Shown here: positions 9,363 to 18,863 of the stretch, in pieces | How positions within the stretch are numbered: the stretch's first letter is position 1 | How the letters are laid out: every line of letters begins with the position of its first letter | Assembly (NCBI GenBank): GCA_965213705.1 | Contig: OZ243913.1 | Coordinates: 2,528,001 to 2,592,000 of the forward strand | Reading direction: 5' to 3' | From: Trueperaceae bacterium | GTDB lineage: Bacteria > Deinococcota > Deinococci > Deinococcales > Trueperaceae | Length of the DNA: 64,000 nucleotides | Translations under genes and position numbers: made by a program | Notes under the pieces: generated by a model | Databases searched by the model: none | Seen by the model: only the letters and a program-made list of their open reading frames with translations | Told to the model about the DNA's origin: nothing

Positions 9363-9639
9363 GCATTTTGAGGGTCTCGAGCCCGTAATTCCGAACAGCG
9401 CGGGCTGCCAGGCGTGCCTGGACCTGGGCGACACCTGGGTCCACTTGCGGATGTGTTTGGTGTGCGGCAACGTCGGCTGTTGCGACTCTTCGAAAAACAA
9501 ACACGCGACGGCGCATTTTCACGCGACCCGGCACCCGGTGATGCAGTCGTTCGAACCCCGCGAAACGTGGGGTTGGTGCTACCTGGACGAGGTAGCGGCG
9601 AAGGGCTTGCCGTCCCTGCGAAAGCCTGCCGGTGGCTGA
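9352..9639 (+). CDS. Stand-alone UBP-type zinc finger protein
   Basis: CEH..CQAC..WVHLRMCLVCGNVGCCDSSKNKHATAH..WCY; GTG start after GGAGG. Confidence 0.9.
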   Translation: MACEHFEGLEPVIPNSAGCQACLDLGDTWVHLRMCLVCGNVGCCDSSKNKHATAHFHATRHPVMQSFEPRETWGWCYLDEVAAKGLPSLRKPAGG

Positions 9640-10294
9640 CAAACTCCGCACCTACGCGGCGGACGGGGTGACGGTCACCTGGAGCGCGGTGCGCTGCATC
9701 CACTTTCAGGCCTGCGTGCGCGGCCTGCCGGAGGTGTTCGACACCAACCGGAAACCGTGGATTCAGCCGGGCGAGGCTGTGGGAGAGGCCGTGCTCGAGA
9801 CCGTCCTGCGCTGCCCGACGGGCGCGCTGCATGTTGAGAGTGGGGATGGCCTAAGCGAACCGGTGCTGAGGGAAATGGTGCCCAGCGAGAACACCGTCAC
9901 CGTCGCCCCCGACGGGCCGCTCTACGTCCGCGGCGACGTGGTGCTGAAAAACAGCGCGGGCGAAACCCTCCTGCGCGACACCCGCATCGCGCTGTGCCGC
10001 TGCGGCGCGTCGGCGCACAAACCGTTTTGCGACGGCAGCCATACCAAGGCCGAGTTTCGGGACCCAGGCTCGCTGGCACAGAACAAGTTGCAAGCCGACG
10101 TTGGAACTGGCGGTGTCAGCTTCACCTCAGTCAAAGACGGCCCCTTGCGCCTCAGCGGGCCGCTAACGCTGCGCTCGGTCGACGGCGCGACGGTTTACGA
10201 GGGCTCCGGCGGCGCACTGTGTCGCTGCGGCGCGTCCGAACACAAACCCTTTTGCGACGGTACGCACGCCGAAGTTGGGTTCGAAGCGGACTGA
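9632..10294 (+). CDS. Divergent 4Fe-4S (Fer4_19-like) plus tandem CDGSH iron-sulfur domain protein
   Basis: CIHFQAC...KPWIQP...CPTGAL; two LCRCGAS..KPFCDG(S/T)H motifs. Confidence 0.9.
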   Translation: MADKLRTYAADGVTVTWSAVRCIHFQACVRGLPEVFDTNRKPWIQPGEAVGEAVLETVLRCPTGALHVESGDGLSEPVLREMVPSENTVTVAPDGPLYVRGDVVLKNSAGETLLRDTRIALCRCGASAHKPFCDGSHTKAEFRDPGSLAQNKLQADVGTGGVSFTSVKDGPLRLSGPLTLRSVDGATVYEGSGGALCRCGASEHKPFCDGTHAEVGFEAD

Positions 10295-10423
10295 GGCGGG
10301 GCACGTCGCCTTTTGCCCGGCAGCCCACGGTCGTCCGGCAGCACCTTCTGTTAACATCAGGCCAGTAAACGGTTAAGCTTCAAAGGGAGGCGCACACGTG
10401 GGAGACACAGAGAGGTTTGGACG

Positions 10424-11350
10424 ATGAAACTCGGCATGGTGGGACTGGGCAAGATGGGCGCGAACATGGTGACGCGGCTGCTGTTGGGCGAGCACCAGGT
10501 CGTCGCCACCGACCTGGCGCAAACGGCGGTCGAAGCGGTCGTCGCAGAAGGCGCGGAGGGTGCGAAAACGCTGGGCGAACTCGTCGACAAACTCCAAGCT
10601 CCCAAGGTCGTCTGGTTGATGTTGCCCTCGGGCGGCCCGACCGAAGGGGTGTTCACCCAGTGTTTGGACCTGCTCGAAAAAGGCGACATCATCGTCGACG
10701 GAGCCAACTCCAACTGGCACGATTCGATGGCGCGGGCCAAGGTTGCCCAGGAGCACGGCCTTCACTTCGTCGACTGCGGCGTTTCGGGCGGGGTGTGGGG
10801 CCTCAAAGAAGGTTATAACCTCATGGTCGGCGCGTCGGACACGGCGTTCAACATCGTCGAACCGGCGCTGAAAACCTTAGCGCCCGAAAACGGCTACGCG
10901 CACCTGGGGCCGAGCGGGTCGGGACATTTTGTGAAGATGATTCACAACGGCATCGAGTACGCGATGATGCAGGCTTACGGCGAGGGCTTCGAGGCGATGT
11001 CCGTGTTTCCGCACGCACACCTGGACTTAGACCGGATTGCCGAGCTGTGGCTGCACGGCAGCGTCATCCGCTCGTGGCTGTTAGAACTCGCCGCCGACGC
11101 CTTTTCCAAGGACGCCCGTTTCGACAACATCGAGGACTACGTCAACGACTCGGGCATGGGCCGCTGGACGGTCCAGTACGGCCTCGACAACGCGGTGCCG
11201 CTGCCCGCGATTACCGCCGCGCTGTTTGCGCGCTTCAGCAGCCGCCAGAGCGAGTCGTTCTCGGCCAAGCTCGCCGCCGCGCTCCGCAACGAGTTCGGCG
11301 GGCACGCGGTGAAGGTCAAAGACGACGCGCCGGTGGCGGAAAAAGTTTGA
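10424..11350 (+). CDS. gnd: 6-phosphogluconate dehydrogenase, decarboxylating (short form)
   Basis: GLGKMG, VSGGVWG, GHFVKMIHNGIEY, DSGMGRWTV, LRNEFGGH. Confidence 0.95.
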   Translation: MKLGMVGLGKMGANMVTRLLLGEHQVVATDLAQTAVEAVVAEGAEGAKTLGELVDKLQAPKVVWLMLPSGGPTEGVFTQCLDLLEKGDIIVDGANSNWHDSMARAKVAQEHGLHFVDCGVSGGVWGLKEGYNLMVGASDTAFNIVEPALKTLAPENGYAHLGPSGSGHFVKMIHNGIEYAMMQAYGEGFEAMSVFPHAHLDLDRIAELWLHGSVIRSWLLELAADAFSKDARFDNIEDYVNDSGMGRWTVQYGLDNAVPLPAITAALFARFSSRQSESFSAKLAAALRNEFGGHAVKVKDDAPVAEKV

Positions 11351-11377
11351 GGCGGAGCCGGACTCCCCTGACTCGAG

Positions 11378-11436
11378 GTTCTTCGTCGCTCGTTTTTCGC
11401 AGTTCGCAAGCTGTTCAAAAACAAACGACGAAGAAC
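11378..11436. repeat. 20-bp inverted repeat between gnd and zwf
   Basis: GTTCTTCGTCGCTCGTTTTT / AAAAACAAACGACGAAGAAC, 2 mismatches. Confidence 0.75.
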
Positions 11437-11469
11437 TAATTACGAACAACCTTTCCCTCGGAGGACCGT

Positions 11470-12936
11470 GTGAAAACCCCACCCTGCGCCTTTGTCATCT
11501 TCGGCATCACCGGCGACCTGAGCGCGCGCAAGCTCGTACCCGCGCTGTACCGGCTTCACGTCAACGGTGACCTCGGTGCCAAAACCCAAATTGTCGGCTT
11601 TGCGCGGAGCGACCTAGACGACGACGGTCTGCGCGCGCGACTGGAAGAGGCACTTGTTGAATACGTCGAGGACTTCGACGCCTCGGTTTGGAAAAAGCTC
11701 GCCGCGCGGATAAGTTACGTCAACGCTACGGCCTACGACAAGGCTGAAGACTTCGCCAAGCTCAAAGAGCACCTGGAAAAGCTGGGGCTGAAAAACCACG
11801 TTTTTTACACGGCGACGCCGCCCGGCGCTTACGCGGGCATCGTCCGCTGTTTGGCCGACGCCGGGTTGGACGCGTCCGACGGGGGCTGGGTGCGGCTCGT
11901 CGTCGAGAAACCGTTCGGCGACGACCTCAAAAGCGCGCAGGAACTCAACAAACACGTCCTCGAGCACTTCTCCGAAAATCAGGTTTACCGCATCGACCAC
12001 TACCTCGCCAAAGAAACCGCCCAAAACCTCTCGGCACTCCGCTTCGCCAACGCCATGTTCGAGCCCGTCTGGAGCAACCGCTACATCGACCACGTGCAAA
12101 TCACCATGATGGAAAAGGTGGGTGTCGAGGGGCGCGGCAGTTTTTACGAGGAGGCGGGCGTCATCCGCGACGTGTTCCAGAACCACCTGCTGCAACTCGT
12201 CGCGCTCGTGGCGATGGAGCCGCCCGCCCGGTGGGACGCTGGCAGCGTGCGCAACGAAAAAGTCAAGGTGTTCGACGCGATGGCTTGCCTCGAGCCCGAA
12301 GACGCCGTGCTCGGCCAGTACAAGGCGAACGGCAAAACCAAGGGCTACCGCCAGGAAGAGGGGGTCGATCCCAAGTCGAACCAGGCCACTTACGCCGCCG
12401 CCGAATTTCGGATTCACAACTGGCGCTGGGAGGGCGTGCCGTTTTTTGTGCGCAGCGGCAAACGCTTAGAGGGCAAGTCGAGCGAAATCGTGTTGAGGTT
12501 TAAGAAGCCGCCGCACATTCCGTTCAAGCTCGAGGACCCCCTCAAAGCCGACCGACTGGTGCTGCGGCTCGTCCCGAACGAAGGCATCTCGCTCCGCTTC
12601 AACGCCAAGGAGCCGGGGCAGAGCCTTGACTTAGAGCGGGCCAGCATGGACTTTTACTACGACCGGGCGTTCGACCGGCCCACCCCCGACGCCTACGAGA
12701 CCCTCCTGTTGGACGTGATGCAGGGCGACGCGACCCTGTTCATGCGCGCCGACGAGGTCGAGGCGCAGTGGCGCGTGGTCGAGCCGTTGCTGGCTTACTG
12801 GGAACAGGGCAGCCACAAACCCGCCCTTTACAAAGCGGGCAGCAAAGGCCCACAGGAAGCGGACGACCTTTTGGAACGCGTCGGCCGCTATTGGCACAAG
12901 CCCGACGAGGGCAAGCCGGAGACGGCGGCGGTTTGA
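11470..12936 (+). CDS. zwf: Glucose-6-phosphate 1-dehydrogenase
   Basis: FGITGDL, EKPFG, RIDHYLAKE, QNHLLQ, RWEGVPF. Confidence 0.97.
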   Translation: MKTPPCAFVIFGITGDLSARKLVPALYRLHVNGDLGAKTQIVGFARSDLDDDGLRARLEEALVEYVEDFDASVWKKLAARISYVNATAYDKAEDFAKLKEHLEKLGLKNHVFYTATPPGAYAGIVRCLADAGLDASDGGWVRLVVEKPFGDDLKSAQELNKHVLEHFSENQVYRIDHYLAKETAQNLSALRFANAMFEPVWSNRYIDHVQITMMEKVGVEGRGSFYEEAGVIRDVFQNHLLQLVALVAMEPPARWDAGSVRNEKVKVFDAMACLEPEDAVLGQYKANGKTKGYRQEEGVDPKSNQATYAAAEFRIHNWRWEGVPFFVRSGKRLEGKSSEIVLRFKKPPHIPFKLEDPLKADRLVLRLVPNEGISLRFNAKEPGQSLDLERASMDFYYDRAFDRPTPDAYETLLLDVMQGDATLFMRADEVEAQWRVVEPLLAYWEQGSHKPALYKAGSKGPQEADDLLERVGRYWHKPDEGKPETAAV

Positions 12937-13060
12937 GAAGAGGGTAAGGGGGTAAAGAGTGAGAGCTTCTACCCCCTACTCGAAATATGAATAAGAACAT
13001 CCGACCGCGCATACCTATTCATTTTTGCGTCTGTGACGCAGTTTGTGATACATTGACATC

Positions 13061-13945
13061 ATGGCGGACGTTCATATTTTGGGTGTGCCGATGGACCTGG
13101 GCGCGGGGCGACGCGGGGTCGACATGGGGCCGAGCGCATTGCGGCTTGCGAAACTCGCGTCGGTCTTAACCGGGGCCGGACACAAGCTTACCGACCTCGG
13201 CAACGTCACGTTGCCGGTGCCCGAGGCGGTCCCCGACGTCAACGGGTTGCACTACCTCGAGTATATCGCCGACGCTTGCCGCCAGACGTGCCACACCCTG
13301 CGCGACTTACCCACATCCGCGTTTCCCATCGTGCTGGGCGGCGACCACTCGATTTCGATGGGCAGCGTGTCCGGGGTCAAGCGCACTGGACGCACCGGCG
13401 TGCTGTGGATAGACGCCCACACCGACGTGAACGTCCCCGCCACCAGCCCGAGCGGCAACATCCACGGGATGCCGCTGGCCCACCTGCTGGGCCACGGCGA
13501 CGAACGGCTGTTAGACATCTGGGGCGGCGGGGCGGCGGTCCGACCCGAAGACGTCGTGTTTGTCGGGCTGCGCAGCGTGGACGAGGGCGAGCGGGACTTT
13601 ATCCGCGGGCAGGGCATCAAGGCTTACACGATGAAAGAAATCGACCGGCGCGGCATCGCCGAGGTTGCCGAGGAGGCCTTGGGGCACCTGAGCCGAGTCG
13701 ACCGGCTTCACGTCTCTTTCGACGCCGACGCGCTCGACCCCAGCGTCGCGCCGGGCGTGGGTACGCCCGTTCCCGGCGGCCTCACCTACCGCGAGGCGCA
13801 CCTGTTCATGGAGCTGCTGGCTGACGCTGCGGTAGTGACCAGCCTCGACCTCGTCGAAGTAAACCCGATTTTGGATGTGCAGAACAAGACCGCGCAAATC
13901 ATGGTGGAGATGACGGCGAGTCTGTTGGGCAAGGCGATTTTGTAG
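13061..13945 (+). CDS. rocF: Arginase
   Basis: GGDHS, DAHTD, SGNIHGMP, SFDADALDP, EVNP. Confidence 0.95.
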   Translation: MADVHILGVPMDLGAGRRGVDMGPSALRLAKLASVLTGAGHKLTDLGNVTLPVPEAVPDVNGLHYLEYIADACRQTCHTLRDLPTSAFPIVLGGDHSISMGSVSGVKRTGRTGVLWIDAHTDVNVPATSPSGNIHGMPLAHLLGHGDERLLDIWGGGAAVRPEDVVFVGLRSVDEGERDFIRGQGIKAYTMKEIDRRGIAEVAEEALGHLSRVDRLHVSFDADALDPSVAPGVGTPVPGGLTYREAHLFMELLADAAVVTSLDLVEVNPILDVQNKTAQIMVEMTASLLGKAIL

Positions 13946-14007
13946 CTTGTGACACGTAGCCGGTAAGTTTTCTACGAGCTACAGGCCACACGCCACAGGC
14001 CCGGTTT

Positions 14008-14916
14008 TTAAGAAGCCGCCGGGCTCAACCCCGAAAACGCTTGCCGGATGCGCGGGATGAAGGCCTCGAGCGCCCGCTCACCCGCATGAATCGCCTGCTC
14101 GGCGCGGTGAAAACCGAGCCAGCTGATAGGCGGGTTGGTGTGAACCTGCAAACTGTCCTCACGTTCGGGTTGCGGCAAATAGGTGTTGGCGGTGTAAGCC
14201 AGACCGCGCCCCAAGCGCGACAAGGGATGCGTCGCGACCGAGTCGTGGAGGTTGCGGTGGAGGCGTTTGCCGAATTCGGTGCTCAAGAACCGCTGTGCGG
14301 CCTGGATGACGGCCGAGTCGTCGCAGGTCGTGCCCGCGCCGATGCCGATGGCTAGGTCAACACCGACGCCGGTCAGCGTGTCGAGCGGCACCGGCGAGCC
14401 CAGACCGCCGTCGACGAGGCGACGGCCACCTATTTCGACCGGCGCGAAGATGCCCGGCAGCGACGAAGAGGCGCGCACCGCGCGGGCGACCGAGCCTTCG
14501 GTAATCACAACGCGCTCGCCGCTGTCTACGTCGGTTGCCACGACGAGAAGCTGTTTGTCCAGGTCTGCAAAGTGCCGACCCTCCAAAATGCGGTCGAAGT
14601 AGGCCTCTAACTTGTCGCCCTGAAACAGCGCCGCCCGGTGCAGCCCGAAGTCGGTGACGCTCGGCAACAGGTCGCGGCGGCGCAGTTGGCCGGCCTCGCG
14701 CGTCATCCGCTCGACCGAATGGCCCGAAGCGTACAGCGCGCCGACAACCGCGCCAAAACTGGTTCCGGCGATGACGTCGGGAGGAAAACCGTGGCGTTCC
14801 AGAGAAGTGAGCGCGCCGATGTGGGCGTAGCCCCGAGCGCTGCCGCCGCCGAGCGCGACGCCTATCCTGACGGGTTTAGAGTAGGGTTGAGAAACTGCGG
14901 TAGACACAGTTGGCAC
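14008..14916 (-). CDS. Patatin-like phospholipase
   Basis: LGGGSARG, GTSFG, DGG motifs. Confidence 0.9.
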   Translation of the reverse strand: MPTVSTAVSQPYSKPVRIGVALGGGSARGYAHIGALTSLERHGFPPDVIAGTSFGAVVGALYASGHSVERMTREAGQLRRRDLLPSVTDFGLHRAALFQGDKLEAYFDRILEGRHFADLDKQLLVVATDVDSGERVVITEGSVARAVRASSSLPGIFAPVEIGGRRLVDGGLGSPVPLDTLTGVGVDLAIGIGAGTTCDDSAVIQAAQRFLSTEFGKRLHRNLHDSVATHPLSRLGRGLAYTANTYLPQPEREDSLQVHTNPPISWLGFHRAEQAIHAGERALEAFIPRIRQAFSGLSPAAS

Positions 14917-15065
14917 TATAAAAAACCTCTTATGACAAAACTCTTACGGTAAAGACGCACTCAGTCCGGGAACAGCTTACCGGCGAACGAGGTCGCCGCG
15001 GTACTTACAGCGATAGTACCTTTTTTCCCCAGCCATGTAAGGTGTAAGGCTCACGGCGACGGCAG

Positions 15066-16019
15066 GTGTGTCAGACTTTTCCCATGTCGCCCGTTACCTC
15101 GTCAGCCGTCGCTACGTCAGCCGGTAACACGTCAGCCGGTAGCACGTCCGACACGCTCAGCGTCGTCGTCACCCACTACCGGACGCCCGAGCTGCTGCTC
15201 GAGTGCCTGCAGAAACTTGCCATGCACGTCCCGGAGGCGGCCGTCCTCGTCGTCGATACCGGGGGCAGGGCGGCCGAGCTGGCGGACGCGAAACGGCTGT
15301 TTCCGGCGGTGCGTTTTACCAAAACCGTCAACCACAGCCTGGCGAACGCCGTAAACACCGGCCTCAAGCAAACGACGACCCCGTTCGTGCTGCAAATGAA
15401 CGCGGACGTGATGCTGACAGCAGGTGTGGTCGAGGCGATGCTGGCACGTTTTGCAACCGCCGAGGTGGGGATGGTCGGGCCGCGCTGCCGTAACCCGGCC
15501 GGGAAGTGGCAAGACCAGGGACTTTTTTACCGACCCTACTACGCGGCTTTGACCCTGAGCGAACGGCGCGCCGTGCGGGTACCGTGGCTGTCGGGTTGTT
15601 GCCAACTGGTGCGGCGCGAGGTGGTGGACCGCGTCGGCGGCATGAACAGCAGTTTGCGGTTTTACAACGAAGACGTCGAGTGGTGCTGGCGGTTGCGGCG
15701 GGCCGGGTATCGTTGCGAGCTGGTGCGCGAGGCCGTGCTCCACGTCGGAGGCGCTTCCACGCCCCCCGACGACCGCTTTTTGATTGAGGGGTTGCGCGGC
15801 GGTATGGTGCTGTCCCGCCGGTACCGCCCCAAACTCTACCGCGCCCTGCACGCCTACGGTGTGCACGCCCACGCTGCTTGGCAAAGCGGGGTGACCGAGC
15901 CAAAGACCGGTGACAGGTCTGTTCACCAAAAAGTCACCCACATGTTTGGCGCGGGGCAGTTTGACGAAAGCCCGTTCGGAGCCACCTTGACCGAAGACAA
16001 CCCGGCTTTTACAAATTAA
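15066..16019 (+). CDS. Glycosyltransferase family 2
   Basis: SVVVTHY, VVD, NAD, SGCCQLVRR, YNEDVEWC; start may be ATG 15084. Confidence 0.85.
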   Translation: MCQTFPMSPVTSSAVATSAGNTSAGSTSDTLSVVVTHYRTPELLLECLQKLAMHVPEAAVLVVDTGGRAAELADAKRLFPAVRFTKTVNHSLANAVNTGLKQTTTPFVLQMNADVMLTAGVVEAMLARFATAEVGMVGPRCRNPAGKWQDQGLFYRPYYAALTLSERRAVRVPWLSGCCQLVRREVVDRVGGMNSSLRFYNEDVEWCWRLRRAGYRCELVREAVLHVGGASTPPDDRFLIEGLRGGMVLSRRYRPKLYRALHAYGVHAHAAWQSGVTEPKTGDRSVHQKVTHMFGAGQFDESPFGATLTEDNPAFTN

Positions 16020-16120
16020 AACGCGTTCTTGGCTACTTGCTCGAGGCTTTTTGTAACCTGAACCTTTTCCCCAGTGATATTGACCTCTCGGCACGTTCGG
16101 GGGAGTGCTAAACTCGGAAG

Positions 16121-17122
16121 GTGCCGGACTTGACAGCGTTTTTTCAGGTCGCGAGTGCGGACCCTTTCTTTTTTTACACCCTCGTGGCGGCGATTTTTTT
16201 GGCTGTCGTGTCCTTGGCTTCGGGTTGGCGACGCGCCGACTTCTTGGCCGTGCTGCGTCCGCAAGGCCTGTTTCGCGTGACCATCGCGGTGTTGGTCGCT
16301 TTTTTGGTGGTGTGGTCGGTCGACATCCTCCAGGGAAGCAAAGACGGCGCGTGGGAGGGCCTGCGGGGTCTGAGCCGCTTGCCCCTCTACGTGGTCACGC
16401 TCGCTTACGGACCGAGCGCCGGCCTGCTGGCGGCGGGGCTGTTCGCGGCGTTTGCGACCACCACGAGTTGGCCGGGGTGGTCCGAGGCGGTGCTGGCCCT
16501 GGAGCTTGTCGTACTGGGCTGGTTCGCGCTCGCGCCCTCACCCCGAAAGGCGCGTTGGGCGGGGCCCGCGGGCGCGCTGTCGGCTTATTTTTTGGCCTGG
16601 TCGACCGGCGGCGCGGCGCTGTTGCAAAGCGCTTCCGGCGCGGGTGCGGTTTTAGCGGCTCACTTGACTTACCATCAAGACGGGGCGCTGGGAACGGTTC
16701 TCAGCATGGCGCTTTTGTTTCTCGTCGGTCCAAAAATGTACGACACAGTTTTTCCAGGCTCGAGAATCGTTCCGCGGCCACCCTCTTCAAACCCGAACGG
16801 CGGCTTCACTCCGGAACGGGAACGGCGCACCGCCCGCGGGGGTCGACGCGCCACCGACAGACTCGGGGCCGAGCCCTCGCCGAGACGGCGAAGAGCCGAC
16901 CTGCGGGCAGGGTCGGACTTGTCGCCTGCGACCGTCGAGCCGTCCCCCGGTGAGGGGCCGGTTGACGAGACACGTGTCAAAGCGGGGTCGGACCGACCGC
17001 CCTTAGACGCGTCAGGCCTTGAGCAGCACGCTGACGCCGAACTCGTTGCCCCCGGCGACGGCCCGGCCCCAAGCGCGGCCCCCCCAACGCTCGGCGATGC
17101 TCCTCACGATGTAGAGTCCTAA
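16121..17122 (+). CDS. Membrane protein with ECF S-component-like core and disordered tail
   Basis: Several TM helices; LPLYVVTLAYGPSAGLLAAGLF resembles S-component motif; TAAACT 6 nt before GTG; tail overlaps phoR. Confidence 0.55.
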   Translation: MPDLTAFFQVASADPFFFYTLVAAIFLAVVSLASGWRRADFLAVLRPQGLFRVTIAVLVAFLVVWSVDILQGSKDGAWEGLRGLSRLPLYVVTLAYGPSAGLLAAGLFAAFATTTSWPGWSEAVLALELVVLGWFALAPSPRKARWAGPAGALSAYFLAWSTGGAALLQSASGAGAVLAAHLTYHQDGALGTVLSMALLFLVGPKMYDTVFPGSRIVPRPPSSNPNGGFTPERERRTARGGRRATDRLGAEPSPRRRRADLRAGSDLSPATVEPSPGEGPVDETRVKAGSDRPPLDASGLEQHADAELVAPGDGPAPSAAPPTLGDAPHDVES

Positions 17123-17959
17123 ACCCGTCCCCTTGGCCTTGACAGAAGCGCCCCGGGCGTGCGGCTCGAACAGTTTTTCGACGACGTCGTCTTCCAGCGG
17201 GCTGCCCGCGTCTTGCACCGTGAACCGCGCGTACTGGGACTGCGCCTTGTCGAGCGCCACGCGCAGCACCACGCGTTCACCGTCGGGTCCGTGAACGGCC
17301 GCGTTCTCGAGCAAGTTGATGAGGACTTGCAACAGTTTGTCCGCGTCGGCCCAGACGGTCAAGGGGGCGACCTCCTGGTGCAAGCAAATACCGTGCTCTT
17401 CAAACGTCCGGGCGACCAGCGACAGGGCGCGCGCGACCACCTCGGGCGCGTGGACGCTGCGGTACTGCGGCGGCTTGACGTCTACCGTGAGGTCGTTCAA
17501 AAGGCGCACCAGACGTTCGCTTTCGGCCTCGGCACGTTCTAAGAAGCGCTCGCGCAGTTCCGGAGGTAGGTCGGCGCGCAAAGCCTCCAGCGTCGAGCGA
17601 ATCGTCGCGACCGGCGTACGCAGTTCGTGTGACAACACGCCCAGCAGCTCGCGCGCCGTCTCCTGGGCGCGTTTTTGCTCGGTCAGGTCTTGCAACGCCA
17701 GACCGCCGGGCAACGGGGTCGCTTTTACGACGCGTTCGCGCGTTTCACATTCCAGGGCGACCTGCTCGGTGTAAGCGCGCTCGAGCCGGTGGTCGCGGAG
17801 CACGGCGATGAGCGGCAAACCGCGACTCTGCACGGCGTCCACCCCCAAAAACAGGGCCGCCGCGGCGTTCAGGTAGCTCACGCGCCCACCTTCGACCAGG
17901 ACGATGCCCTCGGCAAGCCTGTCCAGCAGGTGGGGCGCGGCCGGTTCGGGCTCGTTCAT
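17012..17959 (-). CDS. phoR: PhoR-like sensor histidine kinase (PAS-HisKA-HATPase, no TM)
   Basis: SHELRTP, NLLENA, GTGLGLYIV; context with PhoB-like RR and phoU. Confidence 0.75.
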   Translation of the reverse strand: MNEPEPAAPHLLDRLAEGIVLVEGGRVSYLNAAAALFLGVDAVQSRGLPLIAVLRDHRLERAYTEQVALECETRERVVKATPLPGGLALQDLTEQKRAQETARELLGVLSHELRTPVATIRSTLEALRADLPPELRERFLERAEAESERLVRLLNDLTVDVKPPQYRSVHAPEVVARALSLVARTFEEHGICLHQEVAPLTVWADADKLLQVLINLLENAAVHGPDGERVVLRVALDKAQSQYARFTVQDAGSPLEDDVVEKLFEPHARGASVKAKGTGLGLYIVRSIAERWGGRAWGRAVAGGNEFGVSVLLKA

Positions 17960-17963
17960 GGCA

Positions 17964-18623
17964 CTACGCACCGACGAGCCGGTAACCGCGCCCCCGCACG
18001 GTTTCGATGCGTTCCGCGCCGATGAGCGCGCGCAGTTGCGCCACGTGCTGGTCGACCGTACGCTCGGTTCCCAAAAAATCTTCGCCCCAAACCCGGTCGA
18101 GCAGGTCGACGCGCGAGAACACGCGGTTTGGGTGCGCCGCCAAAAACGCGAGAAGGTCGAACTCACGCCGCGTCAGCTGCAGAAGTTGGCCGGCCAGCGT
18201 GGCGGAACCCTCGGCCTCGTCGACCAACAGGTCACCTACGACGTGTTTAGAATCGGTGTGGGTGCGGCGCAGCAGGGCGCGCAACCGCGCCACGAGTTCG
18301 GCGTTCGAAAAGGGCTTGACGAGGTAGTCGTCCGCGCCCGCCTCCAGACCCAACACCTTGTCGACCTCGCTCGCCCTGGCCGTCAACATCAGCACGGGCA
18401 GGGCGCCGCCACCCGCTTGTGCGCGGTACCGGCGCAACCAGTCGACCCCCGAGCCGTCGGGCAACATCAGGTCGAGCACCACCACCGCCGCCTTGTCGAC
18501 GCCGGCCCAAGCGGCCGCCAAGGTCGGCGCGGCGAGCACCGAAAAGCCCGCTTGCGACAGGTGAAAATTCAGCAACTCGCGCAGACCGTCGTCGTCCTCG
18601 ACGACCAAAACCTTGGTGCTCAC
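17964..18623 (-). CDS. phoB: OmpR/PhoB-family response regulator
   Basis: REC domain plus winged helix (LTRREFDLL, ERTVDQHV, ETVRGRGY); divergent from phoU. Confidence 0.75.
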   Translation of the reverse strand: MSTKVLVVEDDDGLRELLNFHLSQAGFSVLAAPTLAAAWAGVDKAAVVVLDLMLPDGSGVDWLRRYRAQAGGGALPVLMLTARASEVDKVLGLEAGADDYLVKPFSNAELVARLRALLRRTHTDSKHVVGDLLVDEAEGSATLAGQLLQLTRREFDLLAFLAAHPNRVFSRVDLLDRVWGEDFLGTERTVDQHVAQLRALIGAERIETVRGRGYRLVGA

Positions 18624-18863
18624 GCCTCTCCCGTCATAAGTCAAGTCTAGTGTAGCGAGACTTGTGTCAAGGTAACGTCATAGCTGCCGTGAACCGCGCA
18701 AAAGGGGTATCGGCAGCCCTCGAGCCTCTTTTTCTGCTGGTTTCGGCCCAACCCGGCCGGCCGCTGTTCGAGCAAACGTCTTCGAAGCGTGCAGTTCAGC
18801 GTAAACCTGACACTGTCCTGACCTCTCGGGGACACACTGACCTCTGTGCTAAGCTCAAGTTTT

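Noticed and set aside
16020..16120. TPP or other riboswitch before the S-component-like gene
   Set aside because: Conserved aptamer motifs absent, and the gene appears leaderless
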